Source of the DNA: Bdellovibrionota bacterium
GTDB taxonomy: Bacteria; Bdellovibrionota_C; UBA2361; JAAYZI01
Direction of reading: 5' to 3'
NCBI GenBank assembly: GCA_050950765.1
Contig: JBMNIF010000003.1
Span: 448,001-512,000, forward strand
Length of the DNA: 64,000 nt
Positions 20,308 to 30,898 of the stretch are shown in pieces. The position numbers and the translations under genes are program-made. The notes under the pieces were generated by a model. The model searched no databases and was not told the DNA's origin. It saw only the letters and a program-made list of their open reading frames with translations. Position 1 is the first letter of the stretch. The number at the start of each line of letters is the position of its first letter.

Positions 20308-21684
20308 ATGAGATATCTTAAATCTTTTTTAGAATCACCCCAAAAGATATTTTTGTTACTCGCAACTGTTTTCGGCATACTGACCATCTCTTTTACCTCT
20401 CCATTCAAGGTCCCTGATGAAGCTGCGCACTTTATTAGAGCGTATGAAGTTTCTGAAGGTGTTTTTTTACCGACCATTCAAAATAATCTGACAGTTGCGC
20501 TATTACCAAAGCAATTAAAAGAGACTCTCGATGTCGTAGACAAGTTCGCTTTTTCAAATAGTAAAATAACTTTACAAGACTTAAATCCGAACGGTGCAAA
20601 AATTGATTATTCCGATAAAGTCTTAGTACGTTCTGCCACAGGGCAATACTCACCGTTTCCATACATAGTAACCGCCACATCCCTAAAAGTAGTTCGAGTT
20701 TTTAGCGATAACCCACTTACACTGTATTTTTGCGGTAAGATCATGGCGCTACTCTCTTGGACGACAATGATTTTTCTAGCGATAAAAATCATTCCTTTCG
20801 GCAGATGGTTAATGCTTTTATTAGCGCTCCTTCCGATACATCTATTTTTAGCACCTTCATTTTCAGCTGATTCCGCGATTAATAGCGCTACTTTTTTATT
20901 GATAGCCATTGTTCTGCAGCTACACTACTCAAAAGATACCGTTAAATATCTCCGTTTAAAGTTATGTACCGTTGTGTTCTTATTACTTTCAATTTGTCTT
21001 TCAAAAACAGTTTACATCTTTTTACTACCACTTTTATTTCTTATACCAGCAAGATATTTTCACAATCGCACCCGTTATTTTATATACGGCGGCTCCACCT
21101 TATTATTAGTCATAGGCGCTCACCTTTTCTGGTTTAATTATATTCACGGACTACATGAAGAGCGCGTAGCAAATGTTTTTCCAAAGGAGCAATTAGCATT
21201 TATTCTAAGCGATCCATCTGAATTTTTAAAAATTATGCTCACTTCAGCGAAAGACAATTTCTCCGGATATATCTGCTCTTTTATCGGAATTTTAGGCTGG
21301 CTGGATATCCACCTCTCAGCTTGGATTTACTGTACTTATCCCGTAGTATTACTTTCAAGTTTATTTTTTACGGATAAAAAAGAGATCTCCATACACTACT
21401 CCCTTAGATTATTATCACTAATCATTTTTTTGATAGGCGCGCTAATTATCGCCGTTGCTTTATATTGCACATGGAATCCACTTCGCAGCCCTGTCTTAAA
21501 CGGCATTCAAGGACGTTACTTTATATCATTTTCTCTCTTGGGAGCTCTCCCATTTTTTGCGCTGCCACACCTACACTACTATTGCAAACGGCAATGGGTC
21601 TTAGGTGCTTTTATAATGCTCTATCTCAATTTTGTCTGGGTCTGTGTGGAGGTAATTTTAAAAAGTAGCTACTTGTATTACTAA
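20308..21684 (+). CDS. DUF2142 family polytopic membrane protein (putative GT-C-type glycosyltransferase)
   Basis: PDE.AHF.RAY, GILGWLD and GIQGRYF motifs; many TM segments. Confidence 0.75.
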   Translation: MRYLKSFLESPQKIFLLLATVFGILTISFTSPFKVPDEAAHFIRAYEVSEGVFLPTIQNNLTVALLPKQLKETLDVVDKFAFSNSKITLQDLNPNGAKIDYSDKVLVRSATGQYSPFPYIVTATSLKVVRVFSDNPLTLYFCGKIMALLSWTTMIFLAIKIIPFGRWLMLLLALLPIHLFLAPSFSADSAINSATFLLIAIVLQLHYSKDTVKYLRLKLCTVVFLLLSICLSKTVYIFLLPLLFLIPARYFHNRTRYFIYGGSTLLLVIGAHLFWFNYIHGLHEERVANVFPKEQLAFILSDPSEFLKIMLTSAKDNFSGYICSFIGILGWLDIHLSAWIYCTYPVVLLSSLFFTDKKEISIHYSLRLLSLIIFLIGALIIAVALYCTWNPLRSPVLNGIQGRYFISFSLLGALPFFALPHLHYYCKRQWVLGAFIMLYLNFVWVCVEVILKSSYLYY

Positions 21685-21849
21685 GTTGTGCCTGCCCCAT
21701 TCAGAAAATATTTACCTCTAAGAAAAGACTTCTTTTCAATTATTTTCTAAATAGTATCTGGGATACTGTTTAGAAAAAAGATAATTTATACTATAAATCT
21801 AGATGAACTACTGAACCGACAATATATCTATTTTAAACAAAGGTTGATT

Positions 21850-22242
21850 ATGAAGCATATTTTCTCGTTAATACTTCTCTGTTTGACAGCATGTTCAATG
21901 ACTCCTGGTTATTCCTGTGAAAACGAACCACAAAGCACCATTCCAGTTTACGCTCACGGCTCAATTATAAAAGAGGTAAATGGTGTAAAAGTTAGTGCGT
22001 GGAGTCGCGGTGTTTTACTTGTTCCTGGTGAGAACACTTTATTGATAAAAGTTGATCCAACTAATTACAACAGCCTTGCTCCGCAAAATACCATCTACGA
22101 ATTGGAGATGACTGCCGTAGAGGGAAAGGAATATATTGTAACAAGTAAAACCGGTATCGGTCAGATCTGTGCTTGGGAACGTAATAGAATAACAGGTCAG
22201 CCGGATTATTCTGCTAATGCTGGCTGCGTTAAACGCCGATAG
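21850..22242 (+). CDS. Hypothetical lipoprotein
   Basis: Signal peptide ending in the lipobox LTAC. Confidence 0.65.
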   Translation: MKHIFSLILLCLTACSMTPGYSCENEPQSTIPVYAHGSIIKEVNGVKVSAWSRGVLLVPGENTLLIKVDPTNYNSLAPQNTIYELEMTAVEGKEYIVTSKTGIGQICAWERNRITGQPDYSANAGCVKRR

Positions 22243-22484
22243 GGACTATCGGTGAAATCTAAAATTAGTACGTCTTATACGCGACATGATAATTTAGCAG
22301 GAAAATATTTTTTTTATGTTGCGCTATAAGCGTTTAACTGATGGAAGTGACAGCAGATACGCCATCTGTCGAGATTACATTAACCTTTGATTTTTCATTT
22401 TTACAGTAAGTTAGGAGCAAGTCATCTCGTTCACTAGATGCCACACTAGCGAGGAGGTTTTTTTGCTATCCCAATTAGAGGAAC

Positions 22485-23294
22485 ATGATTTATCGTATTC
22501 TGGAAAATATATTTATACTTTGTATAATTTCTGTGGTTTTTTTAGGTGTTTGGGCATTTTATATAGAACCAAATATGCTCGCAGTTACAAACTACAAGAT
22601 CAAAGATAAAAATTTAAAAGGGATAAAAATTGTTTTAGCTGGTGATTTCCATGTTGCACCTAATCAAGAAAAACGTTTACAGAAAACAGTCCAAAAAATA
22701 AATGATCAAAAACCTGATCTAATCTTATTAGTTGGTGATTTTGTATCGGGGCATGAACGAAAAATGACTCTGTCTGCTGAGGCTATTGCAAAAAATCTTG
22801 CTAATTTAAAGGCAGAGTATGGAGTCTATTCAGTTTTAGGAAATCACGATTGGTGGATAGATGGAGAGGAGGTAACACAAGAGTTAAAGAAAGTAGGGAT
22901 AAATGTTCTCGCAGATTCAAACATGACCGTAAAGATTAATGACAAAGTAGTTTACATTGCAGGTGTTGAAGATCTATCGACAAGGAATTCAGATATTCAT
23001 TCTGCACTGAAGGGAACAAAAGATCCAACGATTTTATTATCACATTCACCTGATATCTTTCCAGAAGTTCCAGCAGGTGTAAATTTAACTGTGGCAGGGC
23101 ATCTTCACGGTGGGCAAATTCGATTTCCATTTATAGGATTTTTATTTATACCGTCAAAATATGGCGAAAGGTATATTTATGGATTATTTGAAGAGAACGA
23201 TAAAAAAATGATCGTTACAAAAGGTGTAGGTAACAGCATTCTGCCATTCCGCTTTAATTGCAAACCTGAAATTGTAGTGATTGATTTTGAATAG
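22485..23294 (+). CDS. Metallophosphoesterase (YkuE/YaeI-like)
   Basis: DFH, GDFV, GNHD, SHSPD and GHLHGGQ motifs. Confidence 0.9.
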   Translation: MIYRILENIFILCIISVVFLGVWAFYIEPNMLAVTNYKIKDKNLKGIKIVLAGDFHVAPNQEKRLQKTVQKINDQKPDLILLVGDFVSGHERKMTLSAEAIAKNLANLKAEYGVYSVLGNHDWWIDGEEVTQELKKVGINVLADSNMTVKINDKVVYIAGVEDLSTRNSDIHSALKGTKDPTILLSHSPDIFPEVPAGVNLTVAGHLHGGQIRFPFIGFLFIPSKYGERYIYGLFEENDKKMIVTKGVGNSILPFRFNCKPEIVVIDFE

Positions 23295-23304
23295 GACTTG
23301 TCAT

Positions 23305-23495
23305 TGGTGCCACCCACCAGTACGACCTGCCATTTCGCAGCAGCGGTTTTTGATTTTGATGATTTTTATAAAGAAAATGGTGTTGATGCTCTGTCAACAC
23401 AGGGCGCAGAGCAGATATAATCACTTTGTGGGTGGCACCAGTTTTACCCCCGTAAAAACCTAGCCGATCCGCTTTGCAGTTCCAGCCCGCCCTAG
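23305..23495. repeat. Inverted core pair enclosing a 108-bp duplicate of 44145-44252, followed by an A module
   Basis: TGGTGCCACCCAC at 23305 and GTGGGTGGCACCA at 23428; 23330-23437 is identical to 44145-44252. Confidence 0.9.
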
Positions 23496-23540
23496 CGTCC
23501 TTGAATCCTTTTCAATTTTATAAGCATCTAAAATTTAGCT

Positions 23541-23567
23541 TTAGTTTTATTACCGTTCTGCCGAATA
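23541..23567 (+). promoter_or_regulatory. Possible sigma-28 promoter for the flagellin-like gene
   Basis: TTAG-N15-GCCGAATA versus consensus TAAA-N15-GCCGATAA. Confidence 0.35.
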
Positions 23568-23691
23568 CATTAGCAAGGGAGAGCTCTTGTATTAGGGAAG
23601 TACAAAAAGAGAGCGCACGGATGCAAAACTTTTTATATAAAAACAGCTATCAACTCAAAGCCTCCATACTTAACTGTGACGGAGGTCTGCC

Positions 23692-25680
23692 ATGAGTACA
23701 ACTATCGGAAGCGTTATTACAGGTTCTTTCATTAACCTTTTTGGAAAATCCACTTCTAAATCTAAACTTTCTCTAAGCCCCCTTAGTTCAGGCGACAACA
23801 AAAAAGATGCAGTTGATTTTTCTACAAATCTAAGAAGCGGAGCTTCCGTTTATAGTAGAGCTATTAAAACCATCTCTTCAGGCGCTGGATATATCAACTT
23901 AGCTAAAGATACCTTGACTAAATTAAGTGATATCACAGACAAACTCATCACATTGGCAGAAAAAGCCACAAAAACTAGCGGAACAACCTCATTACGCAAG
24001 TTAAATCGCTCTTTCCAAGATCTCGCTGACGAATTTAACGATCTAGTAGATAATGCAGATTTTGGCGATCGTGAATATTTAACCATAGAAGGGCTAGAAC
24101 AACTCTTCACTGACATCGGACTCTCTACCAAAAATTCACGCGACTTAGCCACTTTATTTGACAACTTTATTATTGCAAATAAAGACTCTGACAAAACTCT
24201 CGCTAGTGAAATGATGAAACAAAAAAAACCGAGTCAGATACCATCAACTGCCTTTAGCAGCACTATTAATAAACCTTACGAAACACACCTTGCTCAAAGT
24301 ACAACAACATCCGATCCAAACATAACAAACAGCGCCGGATTTATTTCTTCCGTAAATACGGTGACACAACGAAATAACGCAACAGACCCCACCATTACAG
24401 AAATCACTTTCACCTCTGCAGAAACAGCTTCAGAAAACACACTTCAATACTCAGCAGGGACTACTTTAAAAACCATTTCACAATCTTCAGGCTACTCCGT
24501 AATTGAATCTACAGACGATCTAATTCTTGGTCAGAATACTTCCAACTATAAACAACTTTTCCTAATAGATGCTTCAGGAACGGTGCTGCACCAACTCACT
24601 AACATGACAGAATCAGTTTCCTTCGGTGAGGTTGCTATCAGCGACACTAATGACACTATTTACAGTTATGCTAATGCTACCACTACATCAGTGGTAAAAA
24701 GCTCTTTTTTAACAGCAGGCTCCGACCCTGCTACAAATATTGAAACAGATATAGAAAGCACCTCTTTAAGCTCTGATTTAAGTCTCTTTGACAATATAAA
24801 GATCAGTGCGGACGGTAGCTATTTAGCTTATCGTTCAAATACAAGCGGAACTTGGAAAACTCACCTCAAAGATTCTGAAACATTAACTTCTGATACAACC
24901 TTAGAAAATAACTCAGATATAACAAATTTCGGATTTATTGCTAACGATACACTAGCTCTGATTCAAGGCGTAGCAGGCAATCAAACGATCTCTTATTACA
25001 AAGATGGTTCAGACAATTTAAAAACAGTAGCGAGCGCCTTAAATATCGGACACTTTTCTACTGTGCAAGCAGATACAAGCAAAAAAAGCTTCATCTCATA
25101 TACCAGTAATGACATCTCGAGTTATAACGATCTCTACGTCATTGATGAAAAAGGCAATAACATTACTACCTATGATTTTGAAGCGAGTGATAATATCAGC
25201 AACTTCAGCATTGCAAGTAATGAAAACGGACTACCACGAATCGGGCTCTTCGGAACCCTCTCTGTAAATGGTGATACAGACTCAGAGATGTATCAAATAG
25301 ATATTTCAGGAGGACCTAAAAACATTAAATACACTACTAATGTTTCAAGACCTTTAAAAATATTTAGCAGCACATTTAGTTTATCTAACCGCGCCTCTGG
25401 TTACGTTGCTCTTGATGATCTAAAAGCTATAAAAAAACAGATCACAGAAAACCTTGAAAATCTCGATAAGATCCTAGATGTAATGCAAGAAAACGTTGAC
25501 CTCGTTCGCGCCACAGGCTTAGCTATGTTAGAAGTTGCAAACAAGATCACAAGCTACGATGATGCCGAAAGTGTTGCCAAATCACTCCGCTTGGAGATCT
25601 TAAAAACAGCTCCAACCCTACTTAACCAAGTCCACAACTTGGAACCTTTAGCATCAGCAGCCCTGCTTTACGAAGACTAA
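23692..25680 (+). CDS. Divergent flagellin-like protein with a large central insert
   Basis: N-terminal (LADEFNDLVDNADFG) and C-terminal (ITSYDDAESVAKSLRLEIL...LLNQVHNLEP) helical regions match flagellin D0/D1 by eye; S/T-rich beta-type middle. Confidence 0.65.
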   Translation: MSTTIGSVITGSFINLFGKSTSKSKLSLSPLSSGDNKKDAVDFSTNLRSGASVYSRAIKTISSGAGYINLAKDTLTKLSDITDKLITLAEKATKTSGTTSLRKLNRSFQDLADEFNDLVDNADFGDREYLTIEGLEQLFTDIGLSTKNSRDLATLFDNFIIANKDSDKTLASEMMKQKKPSQIPSTAFSSTINKPYETHLAQSTTTSDPNITNSAGFISSVNTVTQRNNATDPTITEITFTSAETASENTLQYSAGTTLKTISQSSGYSVIESTDDLILGQNTSNYKQLFLIDASGTVLHQLTNMTESVSFGEVAISDTNDTIYSYANATTTSVVKSSFLTAGSDPATNIETDIESTSLSSDLSLFDNIKISADGSYLAYRSNTSGTWKTHLKDSETLTSDTTLENNSDITNFGFIANDTLALIQGVAGNQTISYYKDGSDNLKTVASALNIGHFSTVQADTSKKSFISYTSNDISSYNDLYVIDEKGNNITTYDFEASDNISNFSIASNENGLPRIGLFGTLSVNGDTDSEMYQIDISGGPKNIKYTTNVSRPLKIFSSTFSLSNRASGYVALDDLKAIKKQITENLENLDKILDVMQENVDLVRATGLAMLEVANKITSYDDAESVAKSLRLEILKTAPTLLNQVHNLEPLASAALLYED

Positions 25681-25682
25681 AA

Positions 25683-26547
25683 ACCTGACTTCCAAATACC
25701 AATTTAAGGCATCCACTTTTAGGTTAAATTCCATTTTCCCCTAATGTCTTGATATTATTAACACCCCTGAAGGGTGGCACCAAATTTTTGACCTCGCTTT
25801 GCAGTTGCAGCCCGTCCTGCTGCCCTGAAGGGTGGCACTAAATTCAAGCCCAGCTAAATCTGCTAGATCTGCTCAAACTGGTGGGTGGCACCAGTTTTTT
25901 GACCCTCGCTGCTTCTTACTGGTGGGTGGCACCAAAACTGCCAAATTCTAAGTTTTTACTAACATCTTGATATTATTAGCTATTGTAATTTTGGAGTCTT
26001 TTAGCACTAAAGGGTGGCACCAAATTTTTAACCCCCGTAGAAATCTAGCTAACTCGCTCTGCAGTTGCAGCCCGTTCTGCTGTCACTAAAGGGTGGCACT
26101 AAATTCAAGCCCAGCTAAATCTGCTAGATCTGCTCAAACTGGTGGGTGGCACCAGTTTTTTGACCCTCGCTGCTTCTTACTGGTGGGTGGCACCAAATTT
26201 TTAACCTCCTAGATCTGCCCAAACTGGTGGGTGGCACTAAATTCAAGCCCAGCTAAATCTGCTAGATCTGCCCAAACTGGTGGGTGGCACTAAATTTTTA
26301 ACCTTCGTAGAAATCTAGCTAACTCGCTTTGCAGTTGCAGCCCGTCCTATTGTCCCTAAAGGGTGGCACCAAAACTGTCAAATTCTAAGTTTTTACTAAC
26401 ATCTTGATATTATTAGCTATTGTAATTTTAGAGTCTTTTAGCACTGAAGGGTGGCACCAAATTTTTAACCCCCGTAGAGACCTAACCGATCCCGCTCTGC
26501 AAGTTGCAGCCCGTCCTGCTGTCACTAAAGGGTGATACAAATTCACC
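25683..26547 (-). repeat. Mosaic repeat array 3 (12 GGGTGGCAC cores)
   Basis: Cores at 25772, 25830, 25883, 25924, 26012, 26091, 26144, 26185, 26229, 26282, 26361 and 26449. Lies between convergent genes. Confidence 0.95.
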
Positions 26548-27842
26548 TACTCTTTCGGCAATAGCTCTTTAATAAACGTATGCGTCAATGACTTCTGCTT
26601 AATAATTGCGTAACAAGGTCCAGCTTCAACCGTGAAGTTTATAGTTTTCTTTTTTCTTTTATTTTTTTCATTATTCAGATTCAAAGCTACAATGAAAGGC
26701 TTTTTCATCACAATTTTTTTCGCCGTCATCTTAACTTCACCGGTAGAAACCGTTTTCTGATTCAATGAATTATGATGCACTGTTTGAAGGACAACCCCCG
26801 CACTAATACTTTCATTATTTATAGGAACGATCTTCTTTTTACCAAAAGGCTGGTACTCCAAAGTAACAGATGGATAATGCAACATTGATTCATCCATCGA
26901 AAATCTACTCGGCAAAATTTCATCTGAAGTTAAAATTTGTGCTCTGGCTAAACCTGGACCAAAGCCAGAGATTACCCCTGCCTGCACCTGCCCAACAGCT
27001 GTTGTTTCAACGGCAACCATCTCATAATTTGTATTATGCATCCCAGTATAACCGCCTTTAAATTTCCAAGGATCAAAATCTCGCGGGCATAACAACACGG
27101 CACGGGTATCACGTTGTTTAATATTCGGTATTATTACAACCATGCTTGTGTCATCGCGCCCTTTCAAAAAAATTCGTTGTTGTTTATCTACATCTGTCAA
27201 AATTCGATAGCCACCCCTCTCTGATTCTTTTTTCGGCATACTATGCCTCACCGTTAAATTATCACGATCTTTAAAGCGCGACCTAGGATCAACAATAGGC
27301 ATACTCGCCATCTGCTCTGCTAAGGGACGCTCCTCACTAAAAGATACAGATACATAATATGCGTTGGGTTTACCTTGCGGCACCTTCTCTCCTGCATACT
27401 GAAAACGAAGCGTCATCTCCTTTAATTCAGCATCCATAAAAAGAGTATCTCGCTTCCATTCTTTCCAAGGAGCCCCTTTATATAATTTAATATCATTCGG
27501 AATATCTAACTGAGTATCGGTGATAATACTCTCCAGCAACAATTTAAATTTATAATCCTCAACAGGAGTAACTTCATAGTGCTTAGCATCTTTAGCAAAC
27601 TCAACACGGGCACCGATTTTAGGAGGTGGCATTACTTCTTCATCCAACTGATCCAACTTCCTCTCTAGCGAATCAAACGAACCTGCTTTAGTAGGCGTTG
27701 GAGTAGCTTCCTCCTCCGTTACATCCAACAAACCTTTCCAAGGATCATCATCAGCAAAAAGAGGTGCAGTAAATAAAGAGGCTTCAAGTGCACCTAAAAT
27801 TAAGCCACTAAAAAACATTTTTTTCAGTTTTAAATTTTTCAT
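26547..27842 (-). CDS. Hypothetical exported protein, last gene of the mre/rod cluster
   Basis: 431-aa ORF with a signal-peptide-like N-terminus, 3 bp downstream of rodA. Confidence 0.7.
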   Translation of the reverse strand: MKNLKLKKMFFSGLILGALEASLFTAPLFADDDPWKGLLDVTEEEATPTPTKAGSFDSLERKLDQLDEEVMPPPKIGARVEFAKDAKHYEVTPVEDYKFKLLLESIITDTQLDIPNDIKLYKGAPWKEWKRDTLFMDAELKEMTLRFQYAGEKVPQGKPNAYYVSVSFSEERPLAEQMASMPIVDPRSRFKDRDNLTVRHSMPKKESERGGYRILTDVDKQQRIFLKGRDDTSMVVIIPNIKQRDTRAVLLCPRDFDPWKFKGGYTGMHNTNYEMVAVETTAVGQVQAGVISGFGPGLARAQILTSDEILPSRFSMDESMLHYPSVTLEYQPFGKKKIVPINNESISAGVVLQTVHHNSLNQKTVSTGEVKMTAKKIVMKKPFIVALNLNNEKNKRKKKTINFTVEAGPCYAIIKQKSLTHTFIKELLPKE

Positions 27843-27845
27843 ATT

Positions 27846-28991
27846 TCAGCTCGCAAAAAGATGTCCTTTTCTTATATTAACACCAAATACCAATCCTAGC
27901 AGAAATAAATTAGTAAGAAGCGCAGATCCTCCGTAACTGAAGAGGGGTAACGGAATACCTACTACAGGTAAGATGCCAACTACCATCCCAACGTTTACAA
28001 AAAGATGAAACGCAATAAGTATTGTAATTCCAACCACTAACAGCCCAGAAAAAAGGTCTTTACTGTGCCGCGCAATCCGTAACATTCTATAAAGCATAAA
28101 GAAAAACAGTGTTAAAACTACCAAACAACCGACAAACCCCCACTCTTCCGCTAAAACAGAAAAAATAAAATCAGTGGTGTGCTCGGGCAGGAACTCCAAT
28201 TGCGACTGAGTTCCCTGCAACATTCCTTTCCCAAATAGACCCCCCGATCCTACGGCAATCTTCGATTGAATAATGTGATATCCACTACCCAACGGATCGG
28301 CATCGGGATCAATCAGAGTCATTACACGCCTTTTCTGATATTCTTTAAGTAAAAAATTCCAAATTGGAAAAACAGAAATAATTCCAACACCACCTACTAA
28401 GATCAGTGTGCGCAACTTAATTCCAACGAAAAGCAACATCCCGAATCCTATGGCAGCGATAACCAACGCCGTACCCAAATCTGGTTGTGCCATAATTAAC
28501 GCCATAGGAATTAAAGTAAACAGCGTTGGAAGAAAGAGTTGCTTTAACCCATACCCTCCTTCTTCTGGGAGATTTTTAGAAAGATACCGTGACATCGTTA
28601 AGATTAATGAGAGTTTCATCAATTCAGAAGGTTGAAAATGCGCAAACTCCAAATCAAACCAACGCCTAGCACCATGAGACCAAGTTCCGACTAGCAGCAC
28701 AGCAACCAGCAGCAGCAATACCACTATGTAACTCGGATAAGCTATCTTATAAAGAAATTTCGGCGGAATACTCACCGCAGCCAACATGATGAGTAATCCT
28801 ATAAGCCAAAAAAAGATCTGTTTTAGAAATGGTTTACTATACGTTTCTATCGGCAACCAACCCAACGTCTCTGAAACATCTTCATTAAATCCGGCGCTAT
28901 AAAGCACCGTTAAACCGCACACACAGATTAACATGATACAGATGAACAATGCCCAATCAAAATGATAAAAAAATCTTCTATCTATAACCAT
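27846..28991 (-). CDS. rodA: Rod shape-determining protein RodA
   Basis: GARRW, QPSE, QPDLGT, GSGG and PE.HTDFIF motifs. Confidence 0.95.
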   Translation of the reverse strand: MVIDRRFFYHFDWALFICIMLICVCGLTVLYSAGFNEDVSETLGWLPIETYSKPFLKQIFFWLIGLLIMLAAVSIPPKFLYKIAYPSYIVVLLLLVAVLLVGTWSHGARRWFDLEFAHFQPSELMKLSLILTMSRYLSKNLPEEGGYGLKQLFLPTLFTLIPMALIMAQPDLGTALVIAAIGFGMLLFVGIKLRTLILVGGVGIISVFPIWNFLLKEYQKRRVMTLIDPDADPLGSGYHIIQSKIAVGSGGLFGKGMLQGTQSQLEFLPEHTTDFIFSVLAEEWGFVGCLVVLTLFFFMLYRMLRIARHSKDLFSGLLVVGITILIAFHLFVNVGMVVGILPVVGIPLPLFSYGGSALLTNLFLLGLVFGVNIRKGHLFAS

Positions 28992-29019
28992 CTGAATCGT
29001 TCTTCACAAAAAATTTTAT

Positions 29020-30897
29020 TCACTCCACCGGTTTTTCTTTTACCACATCAAACGTCTGCTCATTAGCTGGTGCCGGTAGATCTCTTACTAAATAAGCCTG
29101 CATAATTTTTTTTGCGATAGGCGCAGAAGTCACACCTCCATGACCTCCTCCTTCCACCACAACTGCCACCGCTATACGAGGATCTTGTGCAGGCGCAAAA
29201 CCACTGAACCACGCTAATGAATCTTCATTTTTTAAAGTTTTAGTCCCTATCATTTTTTTAGTCTGCGCAGTTCCTGTTTTACCGCCAACTTCAATGCCGA
29301 ACTCCTTCAACGCTGCACGCCCTCCCGTACCTCCTGCTTCATTAACAACCGAAACTAAAGCGTCCCGTACTGTATTCAAAACCCAATCTTCTACTCCTAA
29401 CGTTTGTTGTTCAACAATCTTTCCTTCATAATGTAACGTTCCATCTTGCAACTCGACCTCTTTAACTAAATATGGTTTCAAGACCCTTCCCCCATTAACC
29501 AAAGCTGCCATAGCACGTGCTACCTGTAATGGAGTAACTGCGATAGCTCCTTGCCCGATAGAAACAGAAGGAGTTTCACCTGGATACCACTTATTATCCG
29601 GTGCTTTGTACATCTTCTTTTTCCACTTTGTAGAAGGGATTAATCCAACCTGTTCATCAACCAGCTCTAATCCTGTCTTTTTTCCAAAGCCAAAGCGCGT
29701 AGCATAATCATGAATGCGATCAACCCCTAAACGTTGCCCGACTGTATAAAAATAAACGTTACACGATTTTTTTAACGCATCCTTTATATCCATTGCACCG
29801 TGTCTGCCATGACAACTAAAAGCCCTACCTTTGCCTACTTGAAAAGTACCGCCACAGTGGATAATTTCAGAAGGTTTGACAACGCCTTCTGACAAACCAG
29901 CAACGCCAACAATAGCTTTAAAGACGGACCCTAAAGGATAGACCCCTTGAACCACTCTATTATTTAAAATCTTATCAGGCCCATTTAGCTCCGCCCAAAC
30001 TTTAGCTGAAATACCATCAACAAAGAGATTTGGATCAAAACTAGGTTTAGATGTCATCGCTAAAATCTCGCCTGTCTGCGGATCCAACGCAACAGCAGCT
30101 CCTTTTAAGCCTGTCATAGCTTCTTCCATAGCTTGCTGAGTTCTATAATCTATGGTCAATGTAACATTATGGCCAGGTTTTTCACCTTCATAGTAAGCAT
30201 CTTTAAGACGAGTTCCTGAAGCATTGACAAAAATCCCTTTTGTCCCACGCCGTCCCTGTAAGAGCCGTTCTTGTAAACGCTCAACACCGTATTTACCAAC
30301 TATATCTCCTTGTCGATAACCGGAAAAATTAGGACTTTCTAATTGAGCTTGCGAGATCTCACCGATATATCCCAACACATGCGAAGCCCAATCATCATAG
30401 ATATAAATTCTAGCGGGAACCGTATTTATCGCTATGCCTTTTAATGTATGTTTGCGCGCTGCGATATGCGCCACATCCTCCCTAGAGATATCCTTTAATA
30501 TTAAACGTGGTTCAAAACGTCGTCTTTTCCTTTGAGGCTGAGAGGAAACTTCTTTCAGTTGTTGTGGATCTTTTCCTATAATTTTAGCAAGGTCATACAA
30601 AGTCTGATCACAACTTGCGCCACAATCTTCTTTAACAAGTTCAATATCAAAGGACGGTCTATTTTTTACTAAAACTTCACCACCTCTGGCATAGATCTCT
30701 CCACGTGGCGGATTTAAATAAACCTCTCTTAAACGGTTGTTTTCCGAACGGGTTTGAAAATATTCGCCGTGTAAAATCTGTAAATACCATAGCCTTAAAC
30801 TAATGATGAAAAAGATCAGTAGAATGATGCCAGATGCAATTCTAGAACGTAAAACCAGATTTAGAGAATTCGCATCTGAAATTTTCATCATCTTCAC
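29020..30897 (-). CDS. mrdA: Penicillin-binding protein 2
   Basis: SVFK (SxxK), SCN and KTGTAQ motifs; operon context. Confidence 0.95.
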   Translation of the reverse strand: MKMMKISDANSLNLVLRSRIASGIILLIFFIISLRLWYLQILHGEYFQTRSENNRLREVYLNPPRGEIYARGGEVLVKNRPSFDIELVKEDCGASCDQTLYDLAKIIGKDPQQLKEVSSQPQRKRRRFEPRLILKDISREDVAHIAARKHTLKGIAINTVPARIYIYDDWASHVLGYIGEISQAQLESPNFSGYRQGDIVGKYGVERLQERLLQGRRGTKGIFVNASGTRLKDAYYEGEKPGHNVTLTIDYRTQQAMEEAMTGLKGAAVALDPQTGEILAMTSKPSFDPNLFVDGISAKVWAELNGPDKILNNRVVQGVYPLGSVFKAIVGVAGLSEGVVKPSEIIHCGGTFQVGKGRAFSCHGRHGAMDIKDALKKSCNVYFYTVGQRLGVDRIHDYATRFGFGKKTGLELVDEQVGLIPSTKWKKKMYKAPDNKWYPGETPSVSIGQGAIAVTPLQVARAMAALVNGGRVLKPYLVKEVELQDGTLHYEGKIVEQQTLGVEDWVLNTVRDALVSVVNEAGGTGGRAALKEFGIEVGGKTGTAQTKKMIGTKTLKNEDSLAWFSGFAPAQDPRIAVAVVVEGGGHGGVTSAPIAKKIMQAYLVRDLPAPANEQTFDVVKEKPVE

Positions 30898-30898
30898 A

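Noticed and set aside
22330..22465. Possible riboswitch or attenuator before the metallophosphoesterase
   Set aside because: Only weak hairpins and a T run; no recognisable aptamer consensus.
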